Source of the DNA: Candidatus Latescibacterota bacterium
Lineage (GTDB): Bacteria; Latescibacterota; UBA2968; UBA8231
Length of the DNA stretch: 64,000 bases
Assembly (NCBI GenBank): GCA_965219385.1
Contig: CBDCNM010000002.1
Location: forward strand, 2,350,936 to 2,414,935
Reading direction: 5' to 3'
Both the position numbers and the translations under genes were made by a program. Positions 19,692 to 30,462 of this stretch are shown here, in pieces. Position 1 is the stretch's first letter; each line of letters opens with the position of its first letter. Under the pieces are notes generated by a model that made no database searches, was not told where the DNA came from, and worked only from the letters and a program-made list of their open reading frames with translations.

Positions 19692-20780
19692 GTGAAAATT
19701 ACCCGCATAGAGCTATTTTCTATCTACACCCCCAGGGAATACGGCCACATCAGCAGCCATCAGATCGTGCGGCTGCACGGCGAGGACGGCTACTATGGAC
19801 TGGGGGAAATCTCGGACCACCGGCTGCCCGAGCGCGAGTGGGTCGAAGCCGAGTTGAACCGCCTGCTGCAGGGCCGCGAGGTGGAGGATGTGGTCGTTTT
19901 CAACGAAGAGTTGCCGGCGCACGATTTCCAGGTCTCGGTAGCGGCGCACACCATTGCCGCTGGAGTTGACCTGGCGCTGTGGGACCTGCAGGGCCGGCTG
20001 CAGGAAAAACCGGTCTACAAACTGCTGGGCGGCAAGTTTCGGGAGCGCATGAAGGCGTGTTATCCGATCTTCGGCACGGCGGCCCCCGAACAGTTCGACA
20101 AGAATCTGGGCCGCATCCAGCGGGTCGTGGAAAACGGCCACGACCTGGTGCGTTACTACCTTTCCGGGGACCTGGACAACGATGTCCGCTTCATGCGGGA
20201 GGCCCGGGTGCGCTTCGGGGAAAAGATCGGCTTCAAGTCCTTCGACTTTTCCCACCGCTTCAACGATGTGGACGAGGCCCTGAGGCACTACGAGGCCCTG
20301 CGGCCCTTTGATCCGATCCACGTGGAGGGGCCCTCGCGCGACCTGGAAGTAGCCGCCGAGTTCGTGCGGCGCACGGATCTGCCGGTGAGCATGCACGCCG
20401 GCCTGATCGACCACGCCTATGACATCATCGCCCGGGGGGCCGCGGATATCCTCAACATCGCCACCTCCACGGCCGGCATCACCTATGCGCGGCACTACGT
20501 CTCCCTGGCCAGGGCCGCGGATGTGGATTGGCTGATCGGCACGGATCAGGAGGCCTCGATCGGGATTGCCGCGCAGCTGCACTTTGCGGTTTCCCTGCCG
20601 GTGCTGGAGTATCCGGGGGATCCCTTCGGGAGCTTGCTCTACACCACGGATGTGGTACAGGAGAAGATGCGCTACGAAGGGGGGTACATGCTGCTGCCCG
20701 AAGGCCCCGGGCTGGGCATGGAGCTGGAGGAAGAACTGCTGGAGGAACAGCTGCGGCGGGGGGACCCTGGCGAGGGTTGA
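19692..20780 (+). CDS. mandelate racemase/muconate lactonizing enzyme (enolase superfamily) protein
   Basis: GTG start MKITRIE, GLGE, AGVDLALWDL.G...PVYKLLGG, PEGPGLG. Confidence 0.85.
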   Translation: MKITRIELFSIYTPREYGHISSHQIVRLHGEDGYYGLGEISDHRLPEREWVEAELNRLLQGREVEDVVVFNEELPAHDFQVSVAAHTIAAGVDLALWDLQGRLQEKPVYKLLGGKFRERMKACYPIFGTAAPEQFDKNLGRIQRVVENGHDLVRYYLSGDLDNDVRFMREARVRFGEKIGFKSFDFSHRFNDVDEALRHYEALRPFDPIHVEGPSRDLEVAAEFVRRTDLPVSMHAGLIDHAYDIIARGAADILNIATSTAGITYARHYVSLARAADVDWLIGTDQEASIGIAAQLHFAVSLPVLEYPGDPFGSLLYTTDVVQEKMRYEGGYMLLPEGPGLGMELEEELLEEQLRRGDPGEG

Positions 20781-20782
20781 TA

Positions 20783-22794
20783 CTACCTGACCCGTTCCTC
20801 CGCCTTGCTCCCATCCCCTTCCCCCAGCACAACATCCTCGCAATAAGCCCGCAGCACCTCGGCCACGCTCCAGGCCTGGGCGATGCAGCCGCGCGGGGCA
20901 AAGGGCGGCTCGGCATCGAAGATTTCGGACAGGGTGCCCAGCCCGGCCTCGGACAGGTGCGGCTCCAGGTCCTGGATGATCCGGAGGGCCCGCTGACGGC
21001 CCTGCTCGCCGTGCAGCCGCACCAGGGCGGTGATGAAGGGACCCAGGAGCCAGCCCCAGACAATGCCTTGGTGATAGGCCCCGTCGCGGTCGTAGGGGGA
21101 GCCGCTGTAGTGGGCGCGGTAGGCCGGATCCGCGGGCGAAAGGCTGCGCAGACCGCGAGGGGTGAAGAGGTGGTGGTCCACGGCCTCGAAAACCTGGCGG
21201 GCGCGCGTCCCAAAGAGTAAGGGGAAGGGCAGGCTGAGGGCGAAAATCTGGTTGGGTCGGATGGCCGGGTCGCGCCAATCGCCGTCGATCACGTCGAAGA
21301 GACAGTTGTCGACTTCGTTCCAGAAAAGTTCTCCAAAGGATTGGCCAGTACCTTCGGCCTGGAGCTGGAACTCTCGTTCTTTTTTCTGCTCGCCGAAGCG
21401 CTGGGCCAGGTGCGCCATGACGCACAGGGCATTGTACCACAGGGCATTGATCTCTACAGGCTGGCCCTGCCGTGGGGTGACGACCCAGTCGCCGACCTTG
21501 GCGTCCATCCAGGTCAGCTGCACCCCCTCCTCTCCGGCGTACAAAAGGCCATTTTCTGCGACGCGGATGCCGTAGCGGGTACCGCGCTGGTGCCAGGCGA
21601 TGATGTCCTGCAGAATGGGCCAGAGTTCGGCGCGGACAAAGTCGTAAGCATCGGTGTAGTGGAGATACTTGTACAGGGCGGTGAAGAACCAGAGGGTGGC
21701 GTCTACGGTATTGTATTCGGGTGCCTCGCCGGCATCCGGGAAGCGGTTGGGGATCATGCCCTCGCTGACGTGGGCGGCGAAGGCCTGGAAGATGCTGCGG
21801 GCCTGGGCGTGGCGTCCGCTCACCAGGCAGATGCCCGGCAGGGCGATCATGGTATCGCGGCCCCAGTCGGTAAACCAGTGGTACCCGGCGGTGATGGTGT
21901 GGAGCCGGCCGCCGCGGCGCACCAGGAACTGGTCGGCGGCGCGGACGAGCTGACGGGCCAGGGGATCAGAGTCGATGGTTGGGGGCACAGGCCGGCCGAC
22001 ACGGCGGTGTTTCTCCTCTTCGAGCAGGGCCGCGGCATCGCGTCCACTCGGGTTTTCCGTGGAGACCACGATCTCCAGTTTGTGCCCGGGTTCCAGGACG
22101 CAGCGCAGCACCCCGCAGGTCAACAGGTCCTCTCTGTGGTCCAGGCCGCGCTCGGCCTCGCGCGGGTATTCGAAGTTGTAGTACCAATCCGGCCCAGGTG
22201 CAAAGTGGGCTCCGGGGACCAGGAGGTGGACCAGAGGCTGGTCGGGGTAAGGTTGAAAGCGCAGCATATCTTCTGCAAAACCAGCCTCGCGCTGGGCTGG
22301 ATGGAATTGTTGGCCCGGGTCAGGTGGTGGTAGTCGCGGCCGGCGAAAAAAGGGCGCAACTCCAGGCCCACTGGAGCGGGGGCTCGTTCCAGCTCGTAGA
22401 CCATGAGCAGGGTGTGCTCCCCTTCGAGCATGGCAAGGGTCTTGCGCAGGCGGAAGGCTCCGGCCGCATAGGTGAAGACCGGAAAGGGATCCAGGGCAAA
22501 GCCCTGGAGAAATCTGTGGCCCTGGGGGCGGACGGCGCCGGGGAAGAGGTTGCAGCCCAACTCCACCCGTTCGCGCTCGAGCAGCAGGGTTTCTTCGAGC
22601 CTGGAGAGCAGGACCACGCGGCCCACCGGTGGCCGGGTAGCGACGACCAGGAGGCCGTGGTAGCGGCGGGTGTGGGCCCCGGCCAGGGTGGAGCTGGCCC
22701 AGCCGCCCAGGCGGTTGGTTTCGAGCCATTCGCGCGCCAGGGCGCGGGACAGGTCCGTGATGGTATCGGGGCCTAGTTGAATCAAGGTGGCCAT
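20783..22794 (-). pseudogene. glycogen debranching enzyme (amylo-alpha-1,6-glucosidase), frameshifted
   Basis: N-terminal EWLETN..GG...RRYHGLL in one frame, catalytic AGYHWFTDWGRDTMI, TWMDA, RPNQ, QAWS in another; 5-bp duplication GCTGGGCTGG at 22291-22300 joins them. Confidence 0.88.
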
Positions 22795-22803
22795 GGATAA
22801 AAG

Positions 22804-22835
22804 ACTGGCAGGGCCGCAAGGCCGACCCTGCCAGT
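22804..22835. repeat. inverted repeat (10-bp stem) between acs and debranching gene
   Basis: ACTGGCAGGG ... CCCTGCCAGT. Confidence 0.5.
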
Positions 22836-22936
22836 GGTGGGTTGCTGTATCTGGCAGTTAACCAATGGTGCTGGTCCGTCCGTTCTTGTGTCACCGGTCC
22901 TCAGGCCTGGGGTCCCTGGATACCGCCGCAAGTTGG

Positions 22937-24910
<1,974 letters not shown>

Positions 24911-25136
24911 TGTGCTACTCCTCGATAAGGGGTGATCAGACGGGTTCTGGTTGTAGATATCAGGTCAGGTCAAAATCGTTTTAGATAATATCTAGAGATT
25001 CGTCCGCAACCGCAAAAGAAAGGCCCCCTGCTTCACTCCTGATTCCGTGCAATTTCGCGCCTGAACCACATTGGGGCGATCAGGGTTTGGGCGTCGATGA
25101 TTGGGCCTTGTTCCAGGACCAGGAACCCGGTTCGGT

Positions 25137-26372
25137 TCATTGAAAGAGCCTTTCTATGATCTGCAGGTTTACCTCGTCTCCTGCTTCCACCTTCTCTTCG
25201 GGTTCCAGCACCACGATACCGTTGACCTCCAGCATGGAAGTCAGCATGTGCGAGTCCTGCCCGGCGCGGGTGGAGGCGCGCAGGTGGCCCTCGGCAAAGC
25301 GGAGGCGCGCCCGCAGGTAGTTGCACCGGTTGCCGTCGTTGTGGATCGAGTTTTCGACGAGTCCCTTTGCCGTGGGCAGGAGCAACTCGTCCTCGGAGTA
25401 CCCGGAGGCTTTGCGCACGGCCGGTCGCACGAACTGCAGGAAGGACATCATGCTGGACACCGGGTTGCCGGGCAGGCCGAAGTAGGGTTTGCCCTGGATG
25501 AGGCAGAAGAAAAGGGGTTTGCCCGGCTTCATGGCCACGCGCCAGAACTTGAACTGGCCGCCCATATCGTTCAGCACCTTTCTGATGTAGTCGTATTCGC
25601 CCACGGAAACCCCGCCCGATGAGAGGATGAAGTCCGCCTCCAGGGCCGCCTCCACGGCCCGGCGGATATCCTCTTCGCTGTCGCGGGCAATGGGCAGCAT
25701 GGTGGCTACAGCGCCGTGGGCGCGAGCCAGGGCCGCCAGGGCATAGGTGTTGCTATTGACGATCTTGCCGGGTTCAAGAGGCTCGTCGATTTCCACCAGT
25801 TCGTCCCCGGTGGACAGGATGGCCAGGGTGGGCCGGCGCTGCACCGGCACAAAACCGTGCTGCAGGGCCGCCAGCACCCCCAGCTCGCCGGGGCCGCACA
25901 GGGTGCCGGTTGGCAGGACCACGGAGCCGGTCCGGATATCCTCTCCGCGCCGGCGGATGTTGGCTCCAACAGCGTCCGGCTCCAGGATCTGTACGAGGCG
26001 GCCCGCGGCCCGGGTGTCCTCCACTGGGATCACGGTATCGGCGCCGTCCGGCACGGCAGCGCCGGTCATGATGCGGCTGGTCTGCCGTGGCCCCACGGTT
26101 TTTTCCCCCAGGTGCCCGGCCGGGATGTCCTCGATCATCTCCAGGCCGGCCGGCTGTGCGGGCGTGGCGTCCGCAATGTCCTGATGGCGGACGGCATACC
26201 CATCCATGGCGGAGTTGTCGCAGGGGGGATTGTCGCGGCGGGCCCGGACCTCTGCGGCCAGGATTCGGTCCAGGGCGTCCAGCAGGGCAACCCGCTCCAC
26301 CCCAAGTGGTCGGATGTGGTCGAGGACGATTTGCTGGGCCTGCTCCGGGGTGAGCATTTTTTCAGGGTTCAT
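25137..26372 (-). CDS. moeA: molybdopterin molybdotransferase
   Basis: SAMDGYA, IMTGA.VP, STGDEL, SGGVSVG, MKPGKP, GLPGNPVS. Confidence 0.95.
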   Translation of the reverse strand: MNPEKMLTPEQAQQIVLDHIRPLGVERVALLDALDRILAAEVRARRDNPPCDNSAMDGYAVRHQDIADATPAQPAGLEMIEDIPAGHLGEKTVGPRQTSRIMTGAAVPDGADTVIPVEDTRAAGRLVQILEPDAVGANIRRRGEDIRTGSVVLPTGTLCGPGELGVLAALQHGFVPVQRRPTLAILSTGDELVEIDEPLEPGKIVNSNTYALAALARAHGAVATMLPIARDSEEDIRRAVEAALEADFILSSGGVSVGEYDYIRKVLNDMGGQFKFWRVAMKPGKPLFFCLIQGKPYFGLPGNPVSSMMSFLQFVRPAVRKASGYSEDELLLPTAKGLVENSIHNDGNRCNYLRARLRFAEGHLRASTRAGQDSHMLTSMLEVNGIVVLEPEEKVEAGDEVNLQIIERLFQ

Positions 26373-26400
26373 CTGGTGGGCTGCTTTCGGTGGTTGGTCT

Positions 26401-26434
26401 GGTCGAAAGACTCTGGTGGTCGGAAGACTCTGGT
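26401..26434. repeat. 17-bp tandem duplication (1 mismatch)
   Basis: GGTCGAAAGACTCTGGT / GGTCGGAAGACTCTGGT. Confidence 0.8.
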
Positions 26435-26546
26435 TCCAAAAGATAATCGGGACCTGGGGACTGGCGCAAAAATGCTTTATGTTTTAGATTAATTCGCTAC
26501 CTGAATTTGCAAAAGTGTACAATAATGTTAAGCAACGAGGATTAAA

Positions 26547-26912
26547 ATGGCCGAATTCCGCTCCAGATCCAGCGACAGAGACCAGGATAGACCCCAGCGC
26601 CGAGAGTTTTCATCCAATACCCGGTCGCAGCGCCGGGAGTTCGTGGCCAAGCTTAAGCTCGAGGATATCGATTACAAAAAGCTGGATGTGTTGAGCCGCT
26701 TCCTGACCCCCAACGGCAAGATCGATGTGGCTCGTCGCACCGGCGCCTCGCGCAAGCAGCAGCACCGGGTGAGCCAGGCCATCAAGCGGGCCCGTTTCCT
26801 GGCTTTGCTGCCCTACGATAGAGATCCCGGAGACAATGTGCGGCCCAGGGTTGATTTCAAGCCTCGGGACCGCGATTTCAAGCCTCGGGACCGCGATCGG
26901 GGCCACGGTTAG
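26547..26912 (+). CDS. rpsR: 30S ribosomal protein S18, Cys-free form with repetitive extensions
   Basis: IDYK...L.RF...GKI..RRTG...QQ.....AIKRAR.LALLPY; GAGG RBS. Confidence 0.9.
   Translation: MAEFRSRSSDRDQDRPQRREFSSNTRSQRREFVAKLKLEDIDYKKLDVLSRFLTPNGKIDVARRTGASRKQQHRVSQAIKRARFLALLPYDRDPGDNVRPRVDFKPRDRDFKPRDRDRGHG
26853..26897 (+). repeat. 21-bp perfect tandem duplication in rpsR tail (DFKPRDR x2)
   Basis: GATTTCAAGCCTCGGGACCGC twice plus GAT. Confidence 0.95.
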
Positions 26913-26932
26913 AGACGATTTCGGTTTCTTTA

Positions 26933-27864
26933 GAGGCCGTCTGAAAACCATGTTTATTCTAAGCGAGTCGTTTGAGTAGCAAGTAAATCATGGCGATCTG
27001 AATCAACGCTTCGCTGTGGCGGGTCAACACTTCATAATCTCGGGCATGCCGACGAACGTTCATCAACCACGCAAAGGTTCGTTCGACCACCCACCGTCGT
27101 TTGAGCGGTGTAAATCCATTTCCTTGTTTAGCGACGACTTCCAAGTCGATCTTATGCGTCTTTTTTAAGTCGGCTACCCACCCTTTGAGATCGGCTCCCG
27201 CAGAGCCGCCATCAACCCACAGCTTACGTAGCCTAGGTAGGCCGGGCGCAACATAGCGGGTCAACACCCGCTTCAAGCCGTCCCGATCGCCCACATCGGC
27301 GGCGGTGACTTCCACCGGCCGGATCCATCCCAAGGTATCTACCCACAGGTGACGTTTGCGTCCTTTGATCTTTTTGCCGGCGTCATAACCGATTGTTTCT
27401 CCTTGGGTTGCCGTCTTGATGGTCTGGCTATCGACCCCGCCGGCCGACGGGGTTGATAGCCGACCCTGCCGGCGGCGTTCCCGCTGGGTGAGTCGATCCA
27501 ATATCGGCGGCCAGACCCCTTGTAGGCTCCAGCGGCGAAAGTAGTCATACACCGTTTTCCACGGCCCCAAACTCGCGGGTAACAAAGCCCAAGGACAGCC
27601 GGTCTTGGTCAGATACAAAAGACCATTGATGATCTGGCGTGGATCCCGCCGCGGGCGGCCCGGCCCGCCAGGAGGCCACGTCGAGGCGGGTAGTAACGGC
27701 TTGATTAGACGCCATTGCGCATCGGTTAGATCGGTGGCATATTCGTCGGCAGGCGTACTCATCATAGGGGCCTTTCTATTCAGATTTTGTGGTGAAACCT
27801 GAATATGGCCCGATGAGTACGCCGATTCAAATACGGGCTACATCAAGAGTTTTCAGACGGCCTC
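26933..27864 (-). mobile_element. IS5-family (IS1031-like) insertion sequence
   Basis: Perfect 16-bp terminal IRs GAGGCCGTCTGAAAAC (26933-26948) / GTTTTCAGACGGCCTC (27849-27864); TNA flanks TTA and TGA. Confidence 0.9.
26959..27765 (-). CDS. IS5-family transposase (probably degenerate)
   Basis: Y.TDLTDAQW, DSQT, GYDAGKKIKGRKRH, RWVVERTFAW. Confidence 0.9.
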   Translation of the reverse strand: MMSTPADEYATDLTDAQWRLIKPLLPASTWPPGGPGRPRRDPRQIINGLLYLTKTGCPWALLPASLGPWKTVYDYFRRWSLQGVWPPILDRLTQRERRRQGRLSTPSAGGVDSQTIKTATQGETIGYDAGKKIKGRKRHLWVDTLGWIRPVEVTAADVGDRDGLKRVLTRYVAPGLPRLRKLWVDGGSAGADLKGWVADLKKTHKIDLEVVAKQGNGFTPLKRRWVVERTFAWLMNVRRHARDYEVLTRHSEALIQIAMIYLLLKRLA

Positions 27865-28048
27865 TGAAGCTTTTTCCTCGGTTTCGAGCCCCCGGCAAAA
27901 TGCCTGGCTGGTCTTCCATGGTCGGTCTTTTTAGGGACTCTCAACCCGCACTGCGTGCGGTACATTTCCGCATAGGACGATATTAAACCCTGTGGCTGGC
28001 AAGCAAGTCGCGGGTTTTTTTGTTCGCGCCCATTTCAATGTCGGTCTA

Positions 28049-29222
28049 CTAGTGTTGCGTCGTATAAATAACTTTACGAGATGGTGGTCATGTCGTAGGT
28101 TTCTCTTACCACCCCTTCTGAAAGGAGAGATCTATGGCGATGGGGCGTCCGTTAACGCCGTTAGCGCTGAGTGCGTCGGCCCGAGCACAATTGGAATCGA
28201 TGGCCCAATCACGGAGTCTTCCACACGGGTTGGTGCGGCGAGCGGAGATCGTCCTTTGGGCCGCCGAAGGCTGGCCCCATGAAGCGGTCGCTGCAGCGGT
28301 GGGTGTGACGCGCGCTACGGTGGGCAAGTGGCGCCGGCGTTTTCTCGAAAACGGACTCCATGGCTTGCATGATGAACTGCGTTCAGGGGCGCCGCGATCA
28401 ATCACCGACGAGCAGGTGGCCGAGGTGGTATACAAGACGCTGAAGACCAAGCCCCAAGACCGAACCCAGTGGTCGGTGCGCTCCATGGGCGCGGAAACCG
28501 GCCTCACCAAGGACGCGGTGCATCGCATCGGGCGCACGTATGGTTTGCAGCCCCACCGACACAAGCACTTCAAGCTTTCCACCGATCCTTTCTTGGTCGA
28601 CAAAGTACGGGATATCGTCGGCTTATACATGCATCCCCCCGAGCACGCCCTGGTTTTATGCGTCGACGAGAAGAGCCAGATCCAGGCGTTGGAACGAAGT
28701 CAGCCCCTGTTGCCCCTGGGTCTGGGCTACGTGGAAGGGGTTACGCACGACTACAAGCGCCATGGCACCACCACTCTGTTTGCCGCCCTGGACGTGGCCA
28801 CCGGTGAAGTGATGACTCCGTGCAAGCCCCGTCATCGTCACCAGGAGTTCCTCCCGTTCCTACGCCACATCGAGGACAACGTGCCCCGCGGTCTCGACGT
28901 GCATCTCGTGGTTGACCATTACGCCACCCACAAGCATGCCAAGGTCAAAAAGTGGCTGGCGCGGCGCCCCCGATTTCACCTTCACTACACCCCCCCCTAT
29001 GCTTCGTGGCTCAACCAGGTGGAGATTGGGTTCAACATCATCACGCGCCAGGCGGTTCGGCGGCACTCGTTCCGCAAGGTAAGAGAGCGCATCGAGCGCA
29101 TCGAACGCTATACCGCCCAATGGAACGCCAACGCGCACCCTTTCGTATGGACGGCTACGGCCGATTCCATCCTCGCGAAAATCAAGAGACTTTGTGAACG
29201 AATCTCTACGACACAACACTAG
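28049..29222 (+). mobile_element. IS630-family insertion sequence
   Basis: Imperfect IRs CTAGTGTTGCGTCGTA / TACGACACAACACTAG; TA at both ends. Confidence 0.88.
28134..29222 (+). CDS. IS630-family transposase (probably degenerate)
   Basis: HTH region, VDEKSQIQAL, RHGTTTLFAAL, SWLNQVE, PFVWT; AGGAG RBS. Confidence 0.92.
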   Translation: MAMGRPLTPLALSASARAQLESMAQSRSLPHGLVRRAEIVLWAAEGWPHEAVAAAVGVTRATVGKWRRRFLENGLHGLHDELRSGAPRSITDEQVAEVVYKTLKTKPQDRTQWSVRSMGAETGLTKDAVHRIGRTYGLQPHRHKHFKLSTDPFLVDKVRDIVGLYMHPPEHALVLCVDEKSQIQALERSQPLLPLGLGYVEGVTHDYKRHGTTTLFAALDVATGEVMTPCKPRHRHQEFLPFLRHIEDNVPRGLDVHLVVDHYATHKHAKVKKWLARRPRFHLHYTPPYASWLNQVEIGFNIITRQAVRRHSFRKVRERIERIERYTAQWNANAHPFVWTATADSILAKIKRLCERISTTQH

Positions 29223-30198
29223 CCTGGATTATTCACAAATCGCTAAGTTGAGCGGGATGCACGCGATGTTTTAAGTGCCCCGGGGCCTTTTCCGTGCTCG
29301 TGTGCCTGTCGAGTCCAGGTTTTGCATCGGTACCTGATCGCAGGTCCCCGTTTCAGGCGGTATGTCGTCGGGTTTGAACACAGTACTCCCTTGGTTTTGC
29401 GGCTGATCGTCGGGTCGAAGGTGGCCGTCGCCCATGGCGTGCCTTGCAGGCCGATCTGCTGGATGGCGTGCATGAGCACGGCGGCGGCGCTGTGCAGAAA
29501 AAGACGGAATTGATGGGCCGCAAATCGATGGCAGGAGGTGCGGTCCGAATGCAGGAAGGTCTTGTGATTCTTGATGAATCCTTCCGCCCGTCCGCGTGCA
29601 CAGTAGACCTTCTCATACAAGAGCTTGGGGGTTCGATCCCGGATGTTGGTGGTTACAAAGCGAGGATTGGCTTTGCCCTGGGTAACCTCGGCCTTGTAGA
29701 GGATGCGCTGCGGGTGGTTCCAGCTCTTCGCCTGGTAGTCGAAGCTGGAAAAGAGCCGCACCGGCTCCTCTTCAGCGCTCTCCTCCGCCTGGGCCAGCGC
29801 CGGCTCCATCCAGCGGCGCCCCGAGTTCGTGCAGCTTGGAGTTAGGAGCCTGGCCCAGGATAAACGACAGGCGGTACTCTTCGCACACGTCGTGGACCTC
29901 CGGGGGGCTGAAGTGCGAGTCTGCCCGCAACGGGATCTGCACCTTGGGCCACGCCTTCACAATCGCCGCGAAAACGCGCCGCAGAATCGCCGCAGAATCG
30001 CGGCCCTTGCTGCGCCCCATGGGTGATATCCTTGGAGGCATCGATGTCGACGATGAGCTTCTTCGGCGGCTTCTCGTAGGAAGCGATAAACGTGTCCAGC
30101 AACGAGCGCGCAAGATGGTTTGTGGTTTGTCTACCCCTAACTTAGGGATAAACAACCATTTGTACAGGGGACATCGCATTTTTTATGAATAATTCAGG
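29223..30198 (-). mobile_element. IS1380-family element remnant, internally deleted and frameshifted
   Basis: IRs CCTGGATTATTCACAAA (29223) and reverse-complement CCTGAATTATTCATAAA (30198); transposase fragments DIDASKDITHGAQQG, LRADSHF, YCARGRAE, SDRTSCHRF in different frames. Confidence 0.85.
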
Positions 30199-30243
30199 CT
30201 AAGAGTTCCTGCGCCCGGATCGGGACCGGGGTAAAGAAAAAGC

Positions 30244-30273
30244 TTGACAAGCCCGCTATACCCTCCCTATCTT
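30244..30273 (+). promoter_or_regulatory. sigma70-type promoter for nrdJ
   Basis: TTGACA-N18-TATCTT. Confidence 0.5.
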
Positions 30274-30286
30274 TTTGAGCAGACAT

Positions 30287-30333
30287 CCACAACATCTTGT
30301 GGGCAACACCTGCGGAACCCTGAGATAATGTGG
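30287..30333. promoter_or_regulatory. NrdR boxes (one strong, one weak, 31 bp apart)
   Basis: Palindromic CCACAACATCTTGTGG at 30287-30302 and CCCTGAGATAATGTGG at 30318-30333, upstream of a ribonucleotide reductase. Confidence 0.7.
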
Positions 30334-30462
30334 TACAAAGGGATCTGCTCTTTTCTTGCCTCCCCGTTCGTGGAACTCCTATAAATGCTTGTATTTTCTT
30401 GAGTCTCGGCGGTTGTTTCCCGGTCGCCGAGCAGGCTTGTTTTGTGCCAAGGGAGGGTATAA

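Noticed and set aside
22301..22894. N-terminal part of the 703-aa ORF as real coding sequence
   Set aside because: Out-of-frame read-through; the real N-terminus is the 22794 frame joined by the 5-bp duplication.
26934..27863. Neisseria-type DNA uptake sequence (AGGCCGTCTGAA) in inverted orientation at 26934 and 27852
   Set aside because: Both copies are simply the IS5 terminal inverted repeats; I saw no other copies in the window, whereas true uptake sequences are abundant.
26933..30198. Diversity-generating retroelement as the cause of adenine changes
   Set aside because: No reverse transcriptase or TR/VR pair is visible; the changes are A>C-specific and on both strands, unlike DGR A-to-N mutagenesis on one strand.
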